Shown in pieces: positions 1-10,601 of a stretch of 64,000 nt of DNA. Position 1 is the first letter of the stretch, and the number at the start of each line of letters is the position of its first letter. The DNA is from Tubiluchus corallicola. Taxonomy: Eukaryota > Animalia > Priapulida. Both the position numbers and the translations under genes were made by a program. Location of the stretch: the NCBI GenBank assembly GCA_030141605.1, contig JAQGDQ010002372.1:761694-825693 (forward strand), in the 5' to 3' direction. A model generated the notes under the pieces. It made no database searches. It was not told the origin of the DNA and worked only from the letters and a program-made list of their open reading frames with translations.

Positions 1-912
1 TAAACCAAGCAAAATGCTTTCAAATAGAGCATACACGGAAAATCAACAATTCACAGTTTCACAATGCATGTATAAATGACATGCTACCGAGAGCAGGAAA
101 CTTACTCAATGACAGAGTCTAATAATGGAGCTGATATTGGTTGGACCCTAACCTAGTTCATTGTCAAAAAAGATATTTCTCTGGGACAAAAGAGAGCACC
201 AGCTAAAGTGCTTAAACATATTTGGAAGGGTAGCTCCTGACCATCCCTCAATAAAAATGTGCAGCAACCATGCAAATTTTCCTACAAGCTGAGCACTTGC
301 ATCAACGCTTTAGTAAACTTGGCAATGCAGTCAATTTTTTGTACATTTATCATAAAAGCCCGCCATGTAACTTTCACAACCTTAGTTACAAAATAGCTAC
401 AACAACAGTAAATTTAATTTCAATGTAAATTCTGACAAATTTACTGAAAAAGCTTGCAGTGCTTGCTGTCAAAATATGGTATTTGTGATCTGACTTGAAA
501 TAAGAGTTTAACTCACAGAGTTAAATTTTTATTAAAGTAAAAGCGTTTTCTTCAGCTATGATCTACTCTTATTTATATGATATTTTAATTGCAAAGCTTT
601 TTCTTTGACCAAATATTAATTAAAATACCATAAGCACGTCTCATGAATTGAAAATTATATTTTTTTCTCATAAATTTTTGCACTCAATAGTAGATTAGTT
701 TGTTAACATGAAAACACAAACACCGATACACTGTTATTACCTGAATGTTGCACATTAGGAGCTGGGCAGACAATTATCAAATTTTTATTGATAAAAAATA
801 AATCTACCAAGCTACTGCCAACAGATAAATAAGTTCTTAAACTAACTCAGAAAATCAACAATCACAGCTACACAGTTCAACTGCTTAGATTTATACTCTT
901 GTTGATACTTAC

Positions 913-3900
913 CATAGACACCAAAGGAGATCCAAAAAAAATAACGCCCATCAAACAACAGGCTATTCCAAGCCTATTTAATGCTGTATAGTAATCATTC
1001 GCAACATACTTCGTATAGATGAGCAAGGGAAAAACAACACCCGCTGCAACTAACAGTTGTTTTTGCATAGCAACCTGCAAAAAAACTTTGGTGAGCCACA
1101 TTAATTAAAAAGTAAATACCGGGCCCTTTTTAAATGCCTTAACTAAAGCATAAAATGTTTCACAGCTGAAAATTTGTCGTCCAAACATTTAATATTTTTA
1201 CATAACATTTTTCAGGGAAATTGGTGATGCAGGTCATAAATGCATTCATGTTACAATGGATAAAACCTCTGAGATGGTACGGAATAAACGATACACCTGG
1301 CATGCAAAACCAGTACACAAAATTCATTGTCTTGGACAAGTGTATATATAAAGTACTTTGCAGCCACGCAAACCTGTTATAGGTAAACCATCTTGGCTAA
1401 ATGTTAGGTACAGTAAGTTCTCGCTTAACAACTCCCCAGTCAGCAGCATTTTGTTTTAAACATTTTGCCACCTTCTCTCATTTAATAATCAATTTTTCAG
1501 TTTCTCGGCCTTACCTTAAGCACTGAAATTTTATTTGTTAAGGTGCCTCTTTATAAAGAAGCCACTATTTACCCAAATCACTGTGAAGATATTGCTGCTG
1601 TATGGTTACCTAGATATGCCTCGTCTGATAACATTTGGCTATACTATGTGAAAGTGTGGTGTTAATTGCTCCATTCCAAAAAAACAATGTATTTATAATA
1701 TTTCTCAGCAAACTGCCATAGCTAGCATAAAATAGAAAAGAAAATTTTTAAATCCACAAAACTGGACATTATATGACCATTTGTTCAATTCTATCTCAGA
1801 TAACTCTAACCACAATTTACAAAAATGCAGACCAATCAAAATGAGCACATAAGTGTAACAATGAGTAGGACAGCCAGGAAAGCCATTAACAAAAAGTAGA
1901 ACAATAAAGACAGAGAAACTGTTACTATAATACAGTATTTAGATGACCATTTACAAAGTACAATGATGTGCAGGCAACTGAAAAACTTTTCGGAAACACC
2001 TCTGAGGTAAGTCCAACATGACTTCATCATCTATACTAATATTATTATTGATTGTTAATTTCGATTTGTTGTTCTATAAACTTTCAATACTGGAATATAC
2101 CTCTGGAGTATTTTAAGGTATTTCGCATTAAGACAATTTACTTTTAAAACACAGCATTTTCCTGCAATGCGTTAGTGTCCTGAATTGAGAATTTGCACAT
2201 CTATCCTTTCCTCTGTTTTCTTGTTTTTTGATCATGTGCAAGAGCAAACACTTGTCTGCTTACAAAATGTCATTATTAATTGTAAGCATCACAAATTTAA
2301 ACATTCTAAATTAATGTAACTGACTTACTTTAGCAGGACACATGTAGTAGTAAAATATAGTGTAACATCCTTGCAGAATGGTACCAATCAGATTCACTAA
2401 AATGATAGTCCAATCTTCTTTCATAATTCCATACTTGAGCCATAACACAGCACTGAAAAAGAAAAAATACATCACGTTATATACATATATTTATGGAGAC
2501 GGAGCCACATTGTTTGTACATGTGTATTTATGTGAGAGAAAGAAAAGAAAGCATTATATATGATTTTTTTCCCACTTACTCTATATTACCAGTGTTTTTT
2601 GAAAAAGGTTTTCAGGTAATGACACCATTTGTTTTGTTTATGCTTGTAACTGAATATTTGATTTACGCCATATTGGATGCATTTATTCTGAGAGATTTAA
2701 AGTAAAAACATATAAAAATTGTCTATTTGTTAAGATCCCAATGTTTCTGTGCGCACAACTACCCTAGTTAATAAAATAAATAAGATAACTTGAACTTTTG
2801 CTTAAAATTATTAAGGTTGCTAAATATTTACACGGCGTTTACTAAAGGAAATAATTTAGTTTACAGTGTACACCTAATTAGCAAACCTAATATACAGCTG
2901 TTTACAAATGAAAAGTTTACTTAGTTTAGTTTAGTCTTGTTTAGTTTGTTTTAGTTTATTATGTTTGCACTGTAACAGATGCGAAAATTTGCAGATGTAT
3001 AAATTTCGCTACAGTAGGCCAACTTAAATTGCTGCTGGGCTCTTTGCAGGAATGTGTCAGTTTTATTAAATTATGACAGTAGGCCTTCAGTTAATGAAAT
3101 CATAAAACCTTGAATAATGCTAGTATAGTTATGAGAGCCAGTGCAAGTTTAGTTCCAGAATGAAATGAAGTAGTTAATGAAAAGTACTGCCTATTTTTGT
3201 GCCTTATTACCCACCCAATATTGTGACAGCAGATGTTAGTATGCATATAGGTTCATGTATAGGTTGATAAATAAGGACAACAATATTATTAATAGCATAA
3301 TGCTTTACTTTCTCGTTAATTCTGTGAAATGAAGCAATAAATTTTTGTCGTCTCTGACTTACGACACGTTGCAAAAATACCACTTTACAAACAAGGCTTT
3401 AAAAGCCAATTTACATAGATTTAGCATGCACTTTTTTCTGCTTTTCAGTACTTTTGCTGAGACATGAATATAAAAAAGCAAATAGTGATTTCTTTGCCAA
3501 GAAGTTAACTATCAAAAAGCATTTATGCAAACTAAAAGTGAAAGTTTTCTGTTTAAAATAACTCTTAAAGAGGAAAATTTATCATTTTTACTATTTTAAG
3601 AAGAAATTACCTACAACTATTACTCTGAAATTACATTTTGCTACCATTCATTAATTACCAACTCAATAGCGCTATACAAAATGATACAATGTGCTTTCGA
3701 CTGCATAGCTGTGTCTCTAACAGTCTGTGTGCTGTGCAACATTGCCATTTAACTTCGCCTAACTCTATAATCAAATATCGTAGGAAGTTGGCCTTTCTTA
3801 CCAAAATGTGCTGAATTTTCAGCACAGTTTACTGATATACAGTACTTTGTTCAGTAAGAAGATCTACATGGAAAAATCGAGCATCCAGGTAGGCCAGTCC

Positions 3901-4506
3901 ACACAGAATAGGTACTAAACAGATTGGCAGCTTATTGCGATTGCACCAGCCCTCAACAGTTACACAATCAGAAAATTGCGTGGCTTGCTTGGAAAAACGG
4001 TTAATGCACAGTAAGATCATCTAATTACTTACTGAATGATTTAATTATTTTACCAAATTGATCAAAAGTATTGTTTCAGAACATATTCCTTGAACTTACC
4101 TGAAAAAAATAATGAGGCTGAGCCTTTATATCATAACTGGAAAAACTGGTACAACACAGTAACTAACACTGCATACATCATTCGCTGACTCAAAATGAAA
4201 ATACTAAACTTAACATATTTTACCTTGAAGTAGCCGTAATGAATGGAAGAGGAGATATATCACCAGTAGATCCAATTCTCCAGATCTTTTTACAAGTTGG
4301 TCTAAAAGCAAAAATAAAGGTTTGGTTGACTGCTTTGTTAGCTAACAGCAATAACATTTAATCAGCTACAAAGCATTGCGAAATCTACCTCATATAATAC
4401 TCTCGTAAATTTTCTTTTATCTAGTAGCTTACATTCCAGTCAGAGCTAGACAAACAGTCGTTATAGTTGCCAGAAAACCAACTGAGTCTGTCAGTGTGAG
4501 AGTCAT
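913..4506 (-). CDS. SLC50A1: Sugar transporter SWEET1 (MtN3/saliva family), 5' four coding exons; remaining exons presumably lie left of the window
   Basis: Manually spliced GT-AG exons (minus): 4506-4433 (MTLTLTDSVGFLATITTVCLALTG), 4301-4224 (IPTCKKIWRIGSTGDISPLPFITATS), 2452-2329 (SAVLWLKYGIMKEDWTIILVNLIGTILQGCYTIFYYYMCPAK), 1074-913 (VAMQKQLLVAAGVVFPLLIYTKYVANDYYTALNRLGIACCLMGVIFFGSPLVSM). Phases are consistent (2,2,0,0). STGDISPLPF, LWLKYG, VNLIG and FFGSPL are MtN3/SWEET motifs. Confidence 0.93.
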
Positions 4507-4692
4507 TTCTCCTAGTCCTGTGACTGACAAATATATTCAGTTCTACATTGATTACCTGAAAATGCAAAAACAACTGTATATTAGAAAAGGAGACAGCTAG
4601 CAGAAGTGTTATTTCCTAGATAGATAAACAAATGCACAAAAACGAAAACGAGTTACTTCAAATATAGGTAAATCAGCTAAAACACTGATTAC

Positions 4693-4860
4693 CTTCCTCG
4701 TAAATGCCAAAACAAATGATGTTTGTCCAAAGGTTCAATTTGTCAGGCAAACAGGTTCAGTGTTATGAAGCAAGCAAATTCGATTCAAACTATAACTCGA
4801 GGTCTTGCTGAACTCAAGTTCGTGGATAGAAAAAAAAATGACGTGAACGCCGCCCTTTTG
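4693..4860 (-). promoter_or_regulatory. Probable non-coding first exon and core promoter of SWEET1
   Basis: Minus-strand donor GAAG|GTAATC at ~4692 pairs with the acceptor TTTTCAG at ~4556 upstream of the ATG exon. The region is locally CpG-rich, with TGACGTG (CRE-like, ~4839) and CCGCCC (GC box, ~4850). TSS position is inferred. Confidence 0.5.
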
Positions 4861-5068
4861 AAATGAAGGCAAATCGAACTCTGTTAGTCTGTACAGGTTT
4901 CATTCCAATATATTCCTATAAAGTTTCATGATGATCCGTTGTGAATTATTGCAGGCTTAGGCTTTTCTCTAAAATGATGTTATTGCTGCCATCTAGAATT
5001 CAAATTGGCAATTCAAAAATACGACTCTGTCATTTGTTGTTGAATCCATTCTAGTATACACTCATATA

Positions 5069-5122
5069 TGCCAATGTACATTGCATGTATTTTCGCAAAT
5101 AAAACTGAAATGAATTGAAATT
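5069..5122 (+). mobile_element. Isolated 3' tail of the same LINE family as 6250-8048
   Basis: GCCAATGTACATTGCATGTATTTTCGCAAATAAAACTGAAATGAATTGAA closely matches the LINE end at ~7992-8048 (GCCAATGTACATTGTATGTATTTGTGCAAATAAAACCAGATTAAATTGAATTGAA). Confidence 0.7.
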
Positions 5123-6049
5123 TATAATTTACCCACTTTTACAAAGCTACCCAATTGGTCTTTCGCTACCCTTTCTCCTGCACCCCCCCCCCCTTAACTC
5201 TTTCCTTTATGCTTAATTTATCCTTTTTAATCAATAACTAAAAAAATAATACTATCAATTTGTATACAGGTGTAAATGAGGAGATAAATAAAAATGTCTA
5301 TGTCTACCAACTTTTTCATTCATTAAATAAATTGAAATAATAAGAGAACATCTGCTCACATAAATAATCACAAATTCATTAGTTAAGTAGCAAACATGTC
5401 TTTAACTAACTTTAATTGACATGTTACAGGCTGTCGGGAGTGGAGTAGGATACAAGCCAAAGTAGGACAGTTGCCGTACATCTACGTAGGGCTAGCCTAA
5501 TTAGCATGCGTCGTATGTGGCTGCACAAGTAGAACACTAGAGACAGTCACTTATTGAGTCCTTAAACCATAGTGGCAACGTCCGTTGTCCTTGTTTATTT
5601 AATAATAATAATTGAAAATGTCAACACATCATACAATTCATTATACATCTGCTGAAATAAAAGAATCTTATTCTGAGCTAGTCTAACGAGCAATATTAAA
5701 TTTGTCTTTGGGATTAATCTTTTTGAAGTGAAAATAAGCCCGTTTTTAGGCGATTCCAACATTTTTTATTTTGTCTCACTACGTGAACAATATATATGTT
5801 TTTGATGTTGCAAACTGGCACTTTTAATTGATGTCAGGCTGCTTGCCGATTTGGTGAAGACGATCAAGTGTATATCCACTGTATGATGCCAAACTGACGG
5901 AAACTAACTCAACAAGCCCAATTTTTAATAAAATGAAGAAACTTTCACAGAGTCTTTAAAAATTTGACAAAATACTTGTTGACATATCCATATCCAATGT
6001 TAAGGCTAGAAGTAGATTCATGGATCATCTGTAATGCCTGTTCTCTACT

Positions 6050-6245
6050 GGTATTAGTGTTGTATGGTACAAGAATTTTTTTCTGATTCCACTCATATTT
6101 TGTTTGAATTCATTTATTGATTTAGATGCTATAGTTTTGCTGCTTAGACCATTCCAACTGTTTACTACTCGGTTGCTAAAGTCAAAAGAGTGAAAGAAAT
6201 TGCTAGTGCTCTACATGGGATGCCCATGCACGACACTAGTTTTCC
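6050..6245 (-). mobile_element. CR1-clade LINE ORF2 C-terminal fragment
   Basis: Minus-strand translation FDFSNRVVNSWNGLSSKTIASKSINEFKQ matches the CR1/L2 ORF2 C-terminal motif F-S-x-R-V-V-x-x-W-N-x-L...F-K. Confidence 0.7.
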
Positions 6246-6249
6246 ACAA

Positions 6250-8048
6250 ATTTAGCGCATGTGCTCTAACAGATCTAGAGAGGGCCTCCAAAAATGTATT
6301 GATGAACTTTCACAGTATGCCACACAAAACCACCTAAAAATCAACTACAAAAAAGCGAAAATAGTGGCATTTGGAAAAAGGCTGCCATTATATACCACCT
6401 TCCAGATGAAAGCAGAAACACTAAAGAATGAAAAACATATTAAATATCTCACCAATACAGGAATACACAACAAACATGTAGAAACAGTGAGAAACCACAG
6501 CATTGGAACTCTTTTTAAAGTAAAAGCTCTAATATTTAATAGTAATTTCCCATTGAGTTTACTAATTTTCTTATTTAAGACATTAATAGTCCCTTTTGCA
6601 ATATACGGTTGCGAAATTTTGACAAATGCTTACGTAGAAAAACTAAATAAAATTAACAGCAATGACACTGAGAAACTTCTACAAATATGGAATCAATTCC
6701 CATTCGACAATGTCCAAAATAAAGTTCACAAAATGGGTAATAGGAGTAAAGACAACAGCATGTAATATTGCCTACAAGGCTGAACTGGCTTTATATCCTC
6801 TCCTCATCGCAGCAGCAAAAAGATCATACAAATTTGGCTTGACTGCTGCCCACAAACCTAGAAAGGCTATATTTAACACCATCTTCCCGTCTCTGAATCA
6901 TACAGCTCTATTGTCGCCCACATGGCAACCTAACCCAAGCTATGCATCAGAATATGAGAATGAATCAATGACAATAGCACAGAATGTCAAAAAAACCTGA
7001 ACAAAATTCTAAAAACGGGATATGAAAATATATTTTTTAGCGAAATTCATAATGGTGATAGGAAAAAGGGAGGCAGTAACAAGCTCAGATTTTACAGGGG
7101 GTTAAAATACAAAATGGAGCCTTACCTAAACACTATTAGGGACAACAATCATAGACAAGCTATCACTAAACTCTGAGTGAGTGATCATGATTTAGAAATC
7201 GAACATGCTTGTTATACCAAAACACCTGAACAAGAACGAATATGCAATTATTGCACAACCTCCTGACCTAAAAAACATGAAATAGAAGATGAAATACACT
7301 TTATTTATGACTGCTCACTTTTTCTTGAAAATAAAACAAATTATGAAATTAAACTTCACAGTCTAAATTTTTCTCTAGATGTGGCTGTTTAACAGCAATG
7401 TTCAAAAGGATATAATTCCTTTTGGAGAATATATATTTAAAAACTTCTAAATAAGAAAAACAAAAAGCTAACACTGGCTACACCTTGTTGAACCTTCTCA
7501 ATGGAAACTCAACTACTCAAGAGTTGAGACTTTTTAATATCTAGTTATAATTTTGTATTGCATAATGTATAGCTGCTAATTGTTTTTAATAATGTTTTGT
7601 TTGTTTTTTGTAGGCTTCGCTCTTAGTACAGTTTCTTTGTTTTTCATAGGTTTTCTGGTTACAGTCGATACATCTATAACATCAATGCAAGAAACTTTTG
7701 GCAACAACTCCAGTTCCTAGGGAAGAAGAAATCAGCAGTTTGGCAGCAGACTCTAACCAAATTATTTTCAACTCTATGTTATTTTTTATAATCTTTCATT
7801 TAAAAAGCTGGTACAAATACCTACTATTTTTAAGTCATTTTTCTTTTTTCATTGCTAAATTATACAATTTTTATATAACTGTGACTTTAGTATCAGTATG
7901 CCGTATCCTAACATTTGTCTATGAAAAAAACTTTACACACAGCCTATTATGATTTCTTCGGTTTATGTAGTATTTAACGTGTATTGCTTTTGCCAATGTA
8001 CATTGTATGTATTTGTGCAAATAAAACCAGATTAAATTGAATTGAATT
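6250..8048 (+). mobile_element. 5'-truncated, decayed non-LTR retrotransposon (RTE-X-like): end of RT domain, C-terminal CCHC-like region and 3' tail
   Basis: ORFs 6259-6765 and 6662-7000 give SREGLQKCIDELSQYA...LKINYKKAKIV, LFKTLIVPFAIYGCEI and FTKWVIGVKTTACNIAYKAELALYPL. Downstream come NKLRFY...EPYL...RQAITKL*VSDHDLEIE...ERICNYC...EDEIHFIYDC with frameshifts and stops. The element ends in AATAAA plus (TTGAA)n. Confidence 0.88.
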
Positions 8049-8129
8049 AGCGCTATTTGGCCTACTAGTGGCGTACTCCGCGCTCTGCATGGGCAACTCC
8101 ATAATTAACGCGATACGTTGCCCTAATCG

Positions 8130-8270
8130 GTTTGGTTTGACTATATACTACACCGAAGATCGTTGCCATTGCTAAACTTCAGTGAGCACATGGTTTCAGA
8201 TTTAATGGCGAAAAGGGACCGATTAGCCCTGATATTGTATTTCTAGTGCTTGTTGGACTAACTGGTAAGC
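8130..8270 (+). promoter_or_regulatory. Candidate non-coding first exon/promoter of the Acl4-like gene
   Basis: CpG-rich segment ending in a strong donor CTG|GTAAGC at ~8265. The Acl4 ATG exon at 10596 begins with an acceptor, so an upstream exon is required. The pairing is inference. Confidence 0.4.
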
Positions 8271-8511
8271 TAGTGTTTGGTTGTTTTTTTCAGGGGTACG
8301 AGATTTCGTTTGGCGATTGCCTGTCCAATGACTACGGAGAGCGAAACTGTCAAATATTTTCGATACATAAACAATATGTGAAAATATTTTTTTTTAAATT
8401 GCATGACCTCCCTCTATCTGCGATGGTGCCACTATATACTTTCTCAGTTCTAATATCCGTCTCTGGATTATGGATAAAGTCTTAAATGTGATAATATTTT
8501 TTTAAATTGTA

Positions 8512-9269
8512 TGTGTTGGGAGCGGAGTAGGACACTAACCGAAGTAGGAAAATTGGTGTACATGGGCTGCCCAAGTAGGACAATAGAGACAGGTCGCGAA
8601 TTGAGTCGTTAACCGTACCGGCAGCGTCCGTTGTATTTATTTATTTAATAATAATAATTGAAAACGTTAATACAAGTTGAATAATTTATTATACATCGGA
8701 CAAAATAAAATAATCTCGTTCTGAGCTAGTAGGTCGGCCAGTATTGAATTTCGCTTTGATATTAATCTTTTTGAAGTGAAATAAGCCCACTTCTTAGCCG
8801 ATTCCAACATTTGCTTAAGGTATATCATTTTTTATTTTGTCCTGCTTCACAGACAGGTGATCCAAGTACTTCACTACCTCTAGGACAAGTAATTTTTTTA
8901 TTACTACTTCACTACTAAATAAAAGTTTCATTTTTAAACTTGCAATAATTATTGTTGTAATAACTGTGTGCATAGTTTCTCTCTTTAAAGCATTAAATAC
9001 TTAGTTTAATGTTATGATGAGCTAATAATAATGATGATATTATTGTAAAAAAATACATTTGTAATTGTCAAGGATTATCCATATAGTCACTATTTTCTAT
9101 AAAGTCACTTTTTTCTAAAACAAATTTAGTTTTGTGTTTTATTATGTCATAATTCTCGATTCCCGACAGAAATGCCAGTGCCCTACTTGGCTGCCCTGTT
9201 TTTCCGCAAATTTAGCACATTTATCGGAAGTGTCCTACTTCGGCTAGTGGTGTACTCCATGCCCCACAG
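8512..9269. mobile_element. MITE copy B with imperfect terminal inverted repeats, flanked by TA
   Basis: Left end GGGAGCGGAGTAGGACACTAACCGAAGTAGGA; the right end reverse-complements to CTGTGGGGCATGGAGTACACCACTAGCCGAAGTAGGA. TA on both sides suggests the Tc1/mariner/pogo type. Homologous to 5431-5790. Confidence 0.7.
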
Positions 9270-10601
9270 TATGCATTATCATTAAAATTAATTATAAATA
9301 TGATGTATGCATTATCATTAAAATTAATTATAAATATGATGTATACAGGGCTGGGCCTAGGAGGTGTGGGCATTGCTGGAAATGATTTGGTGCACCCCAG
9401 GTTTGCAACTAAGGCCTGCAGAGTCGTAAAAATGTACTATTATAGGTTTTGTATTTCTAAGACAGAATGGAAAGTGCAAAATGCGCATTTAATAAAAAGT
9501 GCAGTGCATGTTAATGGACAAGCATCTACATTTTTATATAATGCCCGACAAGTAACAAACAAAATGTTTAGATCAAAACTGCATAGGTTGTGGACACCTT
9601 GTACTCGAGACTTGCATGGTCTGAATGTAGTAGCATACTTGGTATTTTGCCACTGAGATATGAATGTTTGTAAAGATGCAGTACATGTGATGAATTTCAT
9701 CACATGTTACAGTAAAAAAATCTATAGCTTTATAGATATTTAAAAGCCATTGCCATTACATATTATTTGTTTAAATATTTGTCTTAAATATACTAGCTAG
9801 CTGTTAAATAATCATAGCGACTTTTGCGGATCTGTATGTTCACATTCAATTGATAGCTTATGTTTCTGCACTGTCAGCAGCAAATAGGGAGCTGTCATTA
9901 ACCTGTAGGCAGATAACCCTAACTTTTTAAAGATAATTATCAGTATTTGCAAAATTTTGACATATATTAGTTTTCTTACTCAGTTCCAAACTATGTAACT
10001 TAGGAAAAGCTTGTTTATTTTTTTATTGCTTTATTAAATTTGAAGTCTCATTAATCTTTCTTGGAAATGTAGAATTTTAAAATGGCATGTGACCACTTGT
10101 CAAATTTGAAAGTCATATTCCAGGAGATACTAGAAGATAGTGGCTAAGAACCTGGGGAGCACTGCAAGCTTCCTTAGCACTTTTTTTAAATTTGAGGGTA
10201 TGTTGGAGACACAATTGGACACTTAGGCAATTGTAAGAAATTAGGAAAAACACATGCTTTTTGTGGTTACTTTTTCCAAGACAGCTGCAAAATATTAAGT
10301 TTACTTAAGTGAAGGCTTGTTGCCTACTTTAATATTTTTTGCCACTAACAAAATTCATTGTTATGGGGATGCACCATATCAGAGTTATTGTATGAAGCCT
10401 GATGAACTTTAATAATTGTTTGTATTATGCAGAATATCAAAAATATTGTACTTAATTGTTAAAAATTATGTTCATATTATTTTAGTTATTATGTTTATAC
10501 TTGCACTATGTGCACATTTATGAATTTTGTTTGCGTTCTTTGCAAGAATTTTATTTTGTTAGTTTGGGAATACTGTCACTTTTTGTTTGTTTCAGAAAAT
10601 C

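Larger units (their letters stand above)
5431..8089. mobile_element. Non-autonomous TIR element (MITE), copy A, interrupted by LINE insertions
   Basis: 5431-~5790 aligns by eye with 8512-~8850 (GGAGTAGGA...AAGTAGGA...TTATTCTGAGCTAGT...ATTAATCTTTTTGAAGTGAAA...GATTCCAACATT). A degenerate right terminus (CTAGTGGCGTACTCC) at ~8060-8089 resembles 9245-9269. Confidence 0.6.

Noticed and set aside
100-195. Next SWEET1 exon near the left edge
   Set aside because: It has acceptor- and donor-like ends on the minus strand, but it does not encode the expected second MtN3 repeat and contains stops.
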